This document shows, in pieces, positions 53,201 to 64,000 of a DNA stretch of 64,000 nt (position 1 is its first letter; each line of letters begins with the position of its first letter). A program made the translations under genes and the position numbers. Location of the stretch: contig NMRA01000015.1 of assembly GCA_002633005.1 (NCBI GenBank), positions 1,533,439 through 1,597,438 on the forward strand. The letters are read 5' to 3'. This stretch comes from Phoronis australis (Eukaryota; Animalia; Phoronida). Under the pieces are notes generated by a model that had not been told where the DNA came from, did no database searches, and saw only the letters and a list, made by a program, of their open reading frames with translations.

Positions 53201-56200
53201 CACTGCTAACAACTAACAACACTAAGACAGTGCTAAAGACCCATGCAGCGCCACCTGCTAACAACCAACAACACTAAGATTGTGTTAAAGCTACATGCAG
53301 TGCCACCGTTGTTTTATTTCATGATTAAAGGTGGAACCTTTTGATCAAATTCCTTACTATGGCAGGTTATCCTTCTCAATTACACACTATAACACCAGAG
53401 AAAGAATGGGGTTCATTACTTGCTTCTGAGAAAAAATTCAATACCGTTCGATTGATTAATGTGTTAAATATCATTACATTAGACTTTAAAACGTTTCGCA
53501 ATATAAATGCACTGAGAGCAGAACTACGACACAATACTCACTGCATTGTAGATGAAGACAGAAATTTTGGACTTGGGATAGTTGAGACTAGCTATCCTTT
53601 CCAAAAAGTGGTCCACAAATGGAGTGGGATGTGTGACAAATAAACCCATGAACACTTCAGGAAACTCCTCCTCCTGTTAAAAAGTAGAAAATGTCAGATG
53701 TGGCAATGCGATAGCAGTTGCAGTGCTGTGGCAGAGCGATGGCAAAATGATGTCTTTGAACAATTACACTTTAAATCGATACAACAACATGTTCTCTCTT
53801 GATGGCTTAGTTCACAGTAAAAGTAGACTCCTGGCTACACCACATACAAACATACGGACATGTTACAAGAAACTCCCAATTAAAGGGACACATCAGAGAA
53901 ACTGATGTGAAACATTCAGACAAGACATTGGTCACTAAGTGCTTTAATCACTTAAACCATACTTATACTACAATCTCATCAACATCAGTCATGACGGCTC
54001 AGCACAAGGGAAATGCACCATCAGAATAGCAAGAGTAATGGTACATTGTCTGATTACTTGTGATGTGTACTTAACTAATCAGAGAACACTTAGTGATGTA
54101 CCTTCATGCCACGCAGGCTGATGGTGTTTTCTTTACATGCTTGACAGCCAGACATTGGAGACCACTGATCAGCCAGGTAGTTGGTCAATCGGTTGAAGTC
54201 ATTCTAAATAGGATGAAGAGCATACATTTTAGATCTCTGTCGCATTAAGCTGATAACCAGCTGAAGACAATCTGGGCCAGAGAATGGCATTGATATCATT
54301 CATATCACTGGACAGTGGCTGAACTGTCTCATTCCTTACTCAGATCACATAGGATTTTAGGGCTTGGGAAAACAGACTACCAAAAAGTTACTTTCTAGAG
54401 GCCAAGCTCAGTGCATAAAATGACCAGCCAGATCAAGCCAACTTGTTGAGTTTGGTCTTATAAGCAAATATAGCAAACTCCCACTTTGTCCCAATCCCAG
54501 GAATCTAAGTAACAAATAAACTAAGACCAGTTGTACAACAGTAAGTGGCCCAACCTTAAAGCTAGTTGAACTAAATAAAAACTGACCTTCTCAAAAATAC
54601 TTAGAATGATACTGACAAAATTGAACAAGAATGACATCAATAGCAAGGGCTGTATTAGCATTGATCTTCATCCCAATAGTTTTACATACCTTAATTGGTC
54701 CATTGCCATGAACCACAACAGGAATGTTTCCTGTTCTCATGTTGTACAGATAACTCTTGCTACCTTTAAATTTCAAAGAAACATCGTCTGAAAAAGAAAC
54801 ACTTTGTGAGCATTGGTGTGAAATATTTACTAGAGGAACGCACGCAGCATTGGTGTACAAAAAAAATTGTAGTAGCTAACAATGTTTCTTCTGAGACTCA
54901 GACCTCTGTAGAGTCCAAAAACAAAAAAAAACAGCATAAAAATGAACAATGAACACAGAAACAGAGAGTAAAACAAAGGCAGAAATTAAATGCGTTTAAA
55001 ACAAAAAAACAGCATAAAAATGAACAATGAACACAGAAACAGAGAGTAAAACAAAGGCAGAAATTAAATGTGTTTAAAACTGAAAGCAAAATGCCTCGCC
55101 CAACTCAATAGCAAGCCTAAATTCATTTAAATGTCTCAATTCTATGAAAACCATAAACCAGACAGACACATGCTGTGAATAATACGCTGACAAGTATAAC
55201 AAATAAACTCACCCAAGGCTCCGTTTAGATTTTGAAATATCTCACTTCTTGTATCCAGTTTTATTGAGTACTTCTCCTGCAAGACAAACCACACTCAACA
55301 TTAATTCTCAATACACTATTCACACATAAATGGACAGTGTACAAAAAGCTCTTGGCCTTAAGATAATAAACAGACTAGGTACAAGACAATGTTAGAACTT
55401 ACTTTTCTTAAAAAATAAGTGGCGCCATCTCACTCCTACTTACTCTTAGCTGAAGATCAAGAAATATGTTAGTATAAAACAGCTGGTCGTCATCCTGGTC
55501 TGCTACCACAGAGCTTGTCACTATGTCATATAGAGGCCTAGCGACGCCGATGAAACCTGCCAAATGACAAAAGAGCTCATTAAAGATTCTAGAAGCAATA
55601 GCAGCACAACAGAAAATATTCTGACAATGATTTTTCCATTCAGACCTTCCGCATCTTTTCTCGTCATACACCGATTGGGTTCCCTTTTCTTATAACCCAC
55701 CTGTTTCTCTTCACCACTTGTTCAAGACAACTACATCAAAAACTAAGCCAACTAGGAACAAGTTTTCTCTCCAAAAAACTGTAAATTCTTAAACGATTCT
55801 CCATGACCATGTATGAGAAACAGTCATTTCAGTAACTATAAATGTTTTGCGAATTGAGATGTTGACATACCTCCAGAGTTGAGAAATCTTTTTTCGTTCA
55901 TCTTTACTTTTGGGTATTTTTCCTAAAACAAACGAGGAATACGTCAAGCAATAAATGAATCCTTGTAAACTACAAGGTACAAGAGTGTTCAATACAGCTA
56001 TTCACATTGCTGTGGAGTGTGTTCAACCCCCTGTGTAACCTCCAATAAACCGTTACAAAGCTCACCTGCGGTTTGTACCCTGCATCTGCACTAAAATTCT
56101 TGGTGGTGCCTTGTGGTTACAAAGCACTCCATACAGTAATGTCTCCAGCTTTGCTCCTCATGTGTTGCCTGACAACAGCTTCAGAGAGCCAAGACCGTTA

Positions 56201-58718
56201 ACAACAGAGAAAAACGTTCTTCTTTATTTTCGTCGAGAAATTCGAGAAATATAAATTCCACTTGCATGTCTATCTAGGTGAAGTATTACTATATGGATAT
56301 TTCATTCTCTAAGGGCAAACCCACAGTACCATAATTGTGCACTTATTTCACAGAAAAATCTCCAAAATTGCCATTTTCAATTTTCAGAGGCTAATTACCT
56401 TGTTGTAAATTATCCAGATGTTGTTTTATGACATATACACACTACAAAAACAACCTGTAATAGACTACACTATTCTTGACCTTTATTTTTGCTGATAACT
56501 TTTACAAAATAAAGTTTCACTTGTGCACCATGTGGTGAGGGAAATAGGTGATGAATTACAATAGTATTTTTCTAGAATAAACTTAGACGTAAAATCCACA
56601 TGTCCACACAGCTGTTGTCAACCCACATGCTCACACAGCAGTTGTCCACTAGATCTACCTTTTGTAGTGTTTAACCAATTATTCAGCACAGGCAACTAAA
56701 AATATGCATACTGTAAAAACATAACTCTGAAAACTAATCTAAATACACTAAGTATTAATGGATAAACATGCTGTCATCAAAGCCCAGTGCACTGGATAAT
56801 ATTTAAAGCTGTTTTAACATTGCCTTCTGTCAAACAATTTCAGATTTAGACCACGTATGACAAGGTCAAAGGTCACAATTTCACTGGTTTGGGAAAAGCA
56901 ACTTGAGACAAGGTTCAAGGCATGACCTCAAACAATTACTAAGTTTACTTTCTTTCCAAAACTAGATATCGTTTTAGTAAGTACCAAGTCAATTTCTAAC
57001 AGTTAGAAGTCTAAATCAAAAATTATTTTCATAGAAGAGATTTGAAGCACCATCAACAGAAAGTCTTTTGAAGGTTTTGTCGATCAAATTAATCATTAAC
57101 AAAAACGACAAATGCACAGACACATACCGCTAGAGATCTGTCAGGCCAACAGAATCCTTCAGCTGAGAAGACAACATTGCTGGCAAACTTGTCAAATGCT
57201 TTCAGAAGAGTACTCGGTCCTTCAGAGAAGACGACATCATAACTACAAAATAAAGAACATATAACCAAAAAAATGTAACTTTACAACCAGCATTTGAGTT
57301 ACTGAAACCTGTGTTCTGTTAAAAAATACTTTCGATGTACTTCATGCAAACTGGCGTCAACTTGCTCGTTATTCAGATTAGAAGAGATTTGTGAGCTTGT
57401 GACAGAACACCTTACTGGTTGAGATCAGATTCATCATGATCTCGAGTAACAACAAACTGTCAGACCTTCTCAAGCCTGTACACCACTATAATTTGAGTAA
57501 TGAACAAGTTTAGACCAGTTACATAACAATAGGTAGCCTAAATCAACTTTTTGATAGAAGTCAAGTCTATATCACAATAAATAATGATACCTCGCAACTA
57601 CAGTAGTATTTAAGTAATTAAAGCTTTTCAGTTATGCCCACAAGCTGCATTCTGGAGAAAAAAGGCCACTGTACTAAAACTAAAAATCTTTCATGAAAAA
57701 TAAAAAAAAACTTCCAAGTTCACTCTTAATAACTAAGCTTTCCAGTTTGATGAATCACAGAAACAACAGATTGAAAATCCATTAAAATAAAATTTACTAA
57801 GCAGTAAGCAACAGCAGGAATAAGATGTCTGAGCTTTCAACATAATTTGTCTTAATACAATTTCGTAATAATATATTTCATTCGCAAGTGTAAATATTTT
57901 AACACAAAAGCAAAACAAAGAAATTGATACGTGCCCCCGAATGCAAGCAGCAACACAAAACAGTTTAGATCTCAGGGGTGCCCATTAAACATTCCTTCAA
58001 AAGGGGACAACAAAATTCAAATATCACCCCGGGATACAGTGTTAGTCATTTGACAATTTGGGGGTGACACCTCTCATGAATATAAACACAGCTTTAACAT
58101 TTTGCATTTCGAAAGAACAAAAAAATTAACTCAAACGAAGGGACACAGCAAGGCTCATCAGAATATCCGTGTCAAACATGCATGCCACGTACACAAACAA
58201 TTTTACTACAAAGACTGCCGTGCTTTGCTGACACATGAGATCTGAATCCAAGCCAACCGCAGCATATGTCTCCTGGTTTAAGTTAAAACTGCAGTCTGTC
58301 CCATGACAATAACAGACTCTACTAGTAGCAAGACTTGGTGCATGCTGGGAAATCAAAATGTTCTATTGATGATGGAGCAGTGAACTGAAACAGACATTTA
58401 CCATAAAATTAAAGCTTCAAAGAATTACTAAACTGAGTGCTGGCAGATATCTTGTCCTGAGTGTACACTTTATGCACAGGGAGGTCAGATGCTAAGGTAT
58501 TAGATGTTGATCTGAATTTTGAATACATGTGTGGTAGCACCCACTTAATGATAATGCACAACAGAGCACCTTGGACATTACCTGTCTACGAACATGACAA
58601 TCACGTCATCTCTGTCTTTATACTCCATCAGGGCATCCTTTAACAGATTCACCTTGAAACCACCACCAGGGTAGTTTGCTATATCTCCCCCTCGCCACTC
58701 CATGCCCATACCAAGTAC
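41144..58718 (-). CDS. PLOD: Procollagen-lysine,2-oxoglutarate 5-dioxygenase (multifunctional LH3-like PLOD), 5'-partial
   Basis: Exons 58582-58718, 57128-57242, 55871-55922, 55444-55556, 55213-55276, 54690-54787, 54102-54203, 53542-53673, 52555-52673, 51568-51669, 50120-50245, 49472-49613, 48782-48898, 47831-47899, 44280-44384, 43774-43920, 42906-43034, then 41339-41494 or 41144-41299 (2025 nt, phases consistent). Motifs: [96 protein letters not shown]. Signal-peptide exons were not found in the window. Confidence 0.95.
41339..41494 (-). CDS. PLOD terminal exon A: [51 protein letters not shown]
   Basis: CTCTATTGCAG acceptor, 156 nt, TAG stop. Confidence 0.9.
   Translation of the reverse strand, partial: GGGARFIRSNCSVILTKEGWAFIHPGRLTHYHEGLTTTAGTRYIMVSFIDP
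44665..47225 (+). mobile_element. Decayed Academ (AcademX-like) DNA transposon in a PLOD intron
   Basis: Imperfect ~120-bp inverted repeats at ~44685-44803 and ~47097-47217. Frameshifted coding remnants [42 protein letters not shown]..., PAPEAII and a degraded Cys-rich tail (XPG/FEN1-like nuclease plus Cys finger architecture). Confidence 0.7.
50316..50891 (-). repeat. Near-identical second copy of two PLOD exons (50351-50492, 50697-50822); probably an uncollapsed haplotype
   Basis: Begins right after a single N (50315); duplicates 49436-49810 and 50113-50313 with a few substitutions and lacks ~300 bp of intron. Confidence 0.8.
54923..55082. repeat. ~77-bp tandem duplication
   Basis: AAAACAGCATAAAAATGAACAATGAACACAGAAACAGAGAGTAAAAC... 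present twice. Confidence 0.9.
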
Positions 58719-59539
58719 CTAGAATGCAAGACAGTCAACTTTTGTCATTACTGAAAACTAGTATTTCAGTGATTTGATGGTTTGCCGCCAATATCATTGC
58801 TAAGGAAAAATACCGTATAGAAATCAATTCCAAGACATCGAAAATGATTCTGCAGTCTCTACAGAAAATCAACATAAATGAGGTGTAGTTTAAGTGGTCG
58901 CACACAAACTTTTGTCTGGTATTGATAGTTGTTTTTAAAATGTCGCATAAACATGGGGGAAGTTCATTGATTTGATGGGGACAAAATAGAAACTAATGAC
59001 AACCATGAAAATTGTACTAGTAAGGAGACACTTGTTTGCAAAACTTTTATCTGTTCGAGTGGAGGTTGTTAATCAAGTCATATTTCAAGATTAGCAGGGT
59101 TAATTTTACCATGACCTTTTGCTAATTCAATAACCGCAACAACCCTTCCCGTGCATTGTTTTTCTGATCTATTTTGAGAGCAAGCCGACTACTTTACTTT
59201 TCTTGCGCGTACTTCTTGCAAACAAGCTCCCCTTCCAATAAAACCCATGAATTATACTCAAAACAACTAGTGTCAGTGAGTGCTACACAAAACAAGCCTA
59301 CAATATATGGAAACAGATCATACTTGGTTTTGCAAAATGCTTTGTTCAACAACTGGAAATATCCATCAACACTTTTCAATGCACTTAGTCAATAATTCTA
59401 TGCCCAAAGCATTATTCATGTCGCTGTGGCAACAGTCCTGTTCAAAGGCTATAAAGTTGTTTTCACTGAAAAAAATAATTTCGATTTAGACCCCTTAAAC
59501 TCCTATACAGGGCAACATTGAATACCATTGTTTTGATTC

Positions 59540-60530
59540 ATATTTACTTGGCGAAATAAATTTCGCCAAGTATATTGCTCTGACACTAAGTTTTTACTTG
59601 GCGAAATAAATTTCGCCAAGTATGTTGCTCTTCCACTAAGTTTTTTTTTTTGTTTGTTCGCACGATACAGGTCGCAATTTTCGTCCGATCATCACGAAAT
59701 TTACACATAACACGTACTTCCGGAGGTACTGGAAGCCTATTGTTTTTCGTCAAAATCGGATCCAAGATGGCGGCTGTGGCGGCCATTTTGTTTCCATTTA
59801 AAGGTTCAAATGCTTATGGAGGCTACAATTTTTTACGTAAAAGGCTAAGAATCGGCACAGTAAATGGACCGGAAGTTTGCTACAAGTATGCCGGAAATTG
59901 TTTACTTCCGGCTAAAGATGGCGGAAATATCGGCGATCGCGCATGCGCACCTCGATTTTGGCCTAAAACCGTTTTCTCCTGTAGAGGGCGCATTATCAGA
60001 CNGGAATTAGGCGATACCATCAGTTTAGATAGAGCTTTGAACGGGCTTTCAGAAGATGCTTTCCATTTTTCTCTACAACGTCTACTGTTCGAGTTATTTG
60101 AGATTTTGTGATAACGCTGCTCCTTTGTTGAGCGCTCTTGCTGCATTCAGGTTGGTTTAGCTTCTATTGAACTAGACTGCAGCCTATTTCTTAATGATTT
60201 ATGACATCTCAATTCGTCATATGAATGTTATGATGTTCTTCATCATGGCCACCACCATCATCATATTCGTCATCTTCGTCATCATCTCCGACGTCGTCTT
60301 TTCTTCAGTTAATTTCGCCAAGTGTCGCTCAAGACTTTAGCCTATTTCTTAGTGATTTCTGACCTCTACGTTCATTATATGAATGATATCATAACTAGGG
60401 TTGTCCATTATCGCCACCATCGTCGTCATAGCTGTCATCTTCGTCATCATCTCTGTCGTCGTCTTTTCTCGTCCTCTCGAACGTGTTTTTTTTGGTTAAT
60501 TTCGCCAAGTTTCGCTCCTCAGAGCGCTTT
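59540..60530. mobile_element. CpG-rich interspersed repeat with terminal palindromes (possibly Helitron/Helentron-type, non-autonomous)
   Basis: Two copies of the hairpin TACTTGGCGAAAT-AA-ATTTCGCCAAGTA followed by poly-T, repeated TTTCGCCAAG, CAAGATGGCGG motifs and (CAT/CGT)n tracts. Confidence 0.45.
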
Positions 60531-61202
60531 CATTTGTTTCTTAATGAGGTAGTGTTCTCAATTACATGACAACATCATGGACAACATGGAGTTTACTAAT
60601 TGCTTTGAATAACAAGGTGATTCACCGTCACTAATTGATATATACAGGTAATAAGTTCAAAATCTTGGCTTGAAATAATTAGCGCTGCTGCCTGGGATTT
60701 TTAACCTTATATAACTAGAAATTTCATGATATATTGAGCATGGGACTTGTTTTATTGCTGGACCGAAAATTTACCTATATTCCTAGATGTCTCATCAAAC
60801 TCCTTCGATGGGTTTATGTAAAATCCTAATGATCACATGGAAACATGTTTTTCTTGTGATCCTCTCTATGCTTTTGTTTCGTGTTGATGGACGGTTTGTA
60901 CTTGGTGCCACCTAGCATGTTGAGGGAAGGCATTAGGACTTAAATGTTCCCATGTAACCAGAGTCCCACCATTGGTATACTACATCAACCCACCAAATGA
61001 GACAAGAGGTCTTCAAGGTTCTAGGAATAGGTTTATATTCAGTCTATAAAACAAGTATTATTCTCAATAATGTAGAACTTGTTCTTCACACAGTTCACAG
61101 ATGATTTCTGAACTGGGGAAAAATGACAGTGCTTTTGCCTGAAATCAGGTGCTTGTTTTCAGTGTACACCTAATATGCACGCGTCAACATAAGTCTTTGT
61201 GG

Positions 61203-61320
61203 AGGAGGCAGTGTGGCCTGGTTGATAAGTGGCCGCTTTCTTCACTCGAGGTCGTGGGTTCGAGTCCTACCATGTCAGACTGCTAAACCCTTGAGCCAGG
61301 TATCTAGCTCCTCAGCTCGG
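61203..61320 (+). mobile_element. tRNA-derived SINE (degenerate)
   Basis: GGAGGCAGTGTGGCCTGGTTG A-box-like, GGTTCGAGTCC B-box, then CCTTGAGCCAGGTA body. Confidence 0.6.
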
Positions 61321-62149
61321 TTTTAATCATATGTTAATAAAGCATAAAAATATTTTCAGGTGATCAATGCAATGGGCCCACATGAGAGGCCTGTGCACGT
61401 CTGGTACAACGTGTATCAGACCCCTGCAATTATTTTAAGTCTTTGCGATATATCGTCATGCATTACCAGATTCTTGTGCCCACTAATATGGAATTCAGTA
61501 CAGACTCAACAAGGGACATATTTGACAGAGGCGAAATTTAACAAAATTAAAACGTCTCAGTAAAACGTGAAAATACATACCCAACCGTGGATTTATATAA
61601 TTGTTAAATTAAAGTAATTGCTTAGTGTTGATATCATCTGCATGTGCATACGCACACACACACGCACATGCGCACACACACGCACACACATTATACAGAT
61701 AGTGCTTGGCCGCAGACCACGGGCACATGTGGATGATGCCTGTGGAAAGAATTTTAGAGATCAAATGGTATTTGTTTGGAAATGTTCAAGGTCAATTGTT
61801 TAAAATACCCCTGGGTTCATGACCCAGACACATGGGGAGCACTTTGTTATTTTTAAAGGTCACTGATAAAAACAAGGAGAGAGACATAAGTTGATGACCC
61901 ATAGGACCACTGAAGTGACCAATAGATCAGAGGCTAATGGTCAATTGACCCGCATTCTTGACCCACATTTTTCAAAACGATCCCAGTGTACTCTGTCATG
62001 GGGCCATGTAGGGCCTAATCCACAAGTCTGAGTGCGTATTTAGTCAAATATCTAAAAAAATTGATTTTAACTCAGTCAAAGCATATATTTTGTGAAAGCA
62101 GAAAGTTTCTTCAAAGAGTAACTTTACGTGAATCTCTCATTAACTTGTT

Positions 62150-64000
62150 CATGTGACTATGTCCACGACAGCACCGCAAATAGTGTACTTCTGTGGGTGC
62201 CTTTAGTAACATAAAAATGACCATTAGATGGCGCAGAATGCATCAAAACTGTCTGAACTGACATGGTGGCCCCATGTCTGCAATGCACAAATATTTGCCA
62301 AATTTCATGAAAATGAGCCGCAGAACTCCTAAGATATAAATATGTAAAACAAATGACACTAGGGGGCATATCTATAGTCCGCTTGGTCTGAAATTCATCG
62401 TCATCTGTTGCCATCTCTATAGAAGCCCATCTGCAAAATGTTGCAAAGATCCTTCAAAGGGTTAAGGAAATGCAAAAAAATGACCCTTAGGGGTCCCAGA
62501 ATAGTAAAAAAACATTCGAAAATCAACATCAGCCAGAGTCATTGCATCAGGAACACAGCCGTCAATTTTCATAATCGTCATTTGAGTGGTTAGGCAGTTA
62601 GAGGCAGACATCGAAAACATACATGGAAAATTTTAAATAGCCACGAAGTGGTGCAGAAAACATCAAATCTGTCCGAAAATGGGAGGGTGTTGTCGTCTCC
62701 TTGCCCTATTTGCCGAATTTCATGAAAATACATTCATGAACTCCGAAGGTACAGTGGTAAACTTAAAATACACTTTGCTACTAGGGGGCACAGTAATATT
62801 TGGATTAGTTTGACATTTTGTTAACGTTAATCGTGGGCTCCAAAGAAAATTTGACAGGGCTTCTTCAAAGGGTTAAGGAGATGCGACCTGACGTAAAAAA
62901 ACAAAATCACCACTAGGGGGCGACACAGTAGTCAGACTTGTAGGAAAGTCAACTTCAGTCGTGGCTTTCTCATCAGGAACACATCTGTAAATTCACATAA
63001 TGATCCTTTAAGTGGTATGGCAGACAGGGAAGAAGATGCCAGAAAACGGACGCAAAATAACAAAAATCTGTCTGAAAATGGGAAAGTGTTAATGTCTCCT
63101 TCACAGAAACCTACCGGTCGAATTTCATGAAAATGCATTACTAAAATCTGAAGATAGAGAAGCAAACACAAACAACTAAAATTGCCACTAGGGGGCACAG
63201 ACGTATTATGGTCAGTTCGAAACTCGTCGTCATCTGTCATCAGCCAAATAGGAACACACCTGCGAAATTTCAATACGATCCTGCAAGGGGTTTAGGAGAT
63301 ACAGCCATGGACGCCGGACGCCCAGAGCTGATGGCAATACGCACCCACATATAAATATGTAACAAGAGCAACGTGGAGCGTTGAAATGCGTCCACGAATG
63401 CTTCTAAGGGTGTTTATTTGTATCATCAAAATGGTCACTAGATGGCACAAAATAAGTCAAATCGAAAAAAATGGGAACATGCCATCGTTTCCTTAATAGA
63501 AAGGTATTTACCAAATTTCACAAAAATTTGTCAAGGGACTTGAGAGAAACAAAGAAAAAACGAAATTGCCACTAGGGGGTATAGCATTTGTCATATAGAT
63601 ATGAAAGTGGTCGTCTGTTGTTTACTTCATTCAAATACACTAAATAAATTTAATAAAGATCCTGCAGTGGGTTCAGGAAAAACAGCTATGGGCGCAAAAT
63701 AAAACAAAACTTCCACGAGGAGGTGCCACAATAGTCAAAGTCGTCATCGTCAACCGTTTTCTTCACACTGAGAATATATACTACCCCAATTTCACAACCA
63801 TCATTTAAGGTTAGGCGGCAGACCCCAAAAAATAGACTCAAGAACAGCAAAACCAACCACCAGCCACTAAATGGTGCAAACAGGAGGATAGCGTCATCTC
63901 ACCAATAGATGCCTATATTCCAAATTTTATGAAAATCCGTTGACGACCTTTGAAGATACAGAGGCAAACGTAAAAAACGAAAATTGCCACTAGGGGGTAC
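62150..64000. repeat. Two adjacent copies of the dispersed repeat with internal ~140-bp degenerate units (same family as 8130-9240)
   Basis: Periodic CCACTAGGGGGC / CCATTAGATGGC motifs; one copy ends near GGACGCCGGACG..GATGGCAATA (~63340) and the next starts AACAAGAGCAACGTGGAGCGTTGA (63361). Confidence 0.7.

Noticed and set aside
59650-60146. 153-aa and 88-aa ORFs in CpG-rich sequence, considered as PLOD 5' exons
   Set aside because: They lie in an interspersed repeat and show no signal peptide or PLOD N-terminal motifs; the PLOD 5' exons were not found in the window

Overview
AT-rich, intron-rich animal genomic DNA, probably a marine invertebrate such as a mollusc (inferred from the repeat families and the single LH3-like PLOD). 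It has one assembly gap (10732-11374) and three protein-coding loci, whose exons I reconstructed by hand using GT-AG boundaries and phase checks. (1) A complete P5B-type ATPase (ATP13A2/3-like, minus strand, 2770-33091, 29 exons, about 1196 aa) carries a tandem-duplicated, probably mutually exclusive exon pair and a candidate 9-nt microexon. (2) A divergently oriented MKKS/BBS6 chaperonin-like gene (plus strand, 36150-40036, 564 aa) is preceded by two small single-TM ORFs that resemble, in sequence and order, the human MKKS upstream microproteins uMKKS1 and uMKKS2. This points to a deeply conserved microprotein-microprotein-MKKS polycistronic unit with its own splice and poly(A) switch. (3) A 5'-partial PLOD lysyl hydroxylase (minus strand, 41144-58718) has two tandem, intact, divergent copies of the catalytic last exon. 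Introns hold a 5'-inverted Penelope-like fragment, an Academ-like DNA transposon relic, a hAT-like element with a 6-bp TSD, a truncated LINE, tRNA-derived SINEs, minisatellites (several seeded at splice junctions) and a repeat family carrying arrays of CTCF-like motifs. No database searches were run; homology calls rest on motif recognition and on sequences recalled from memory.
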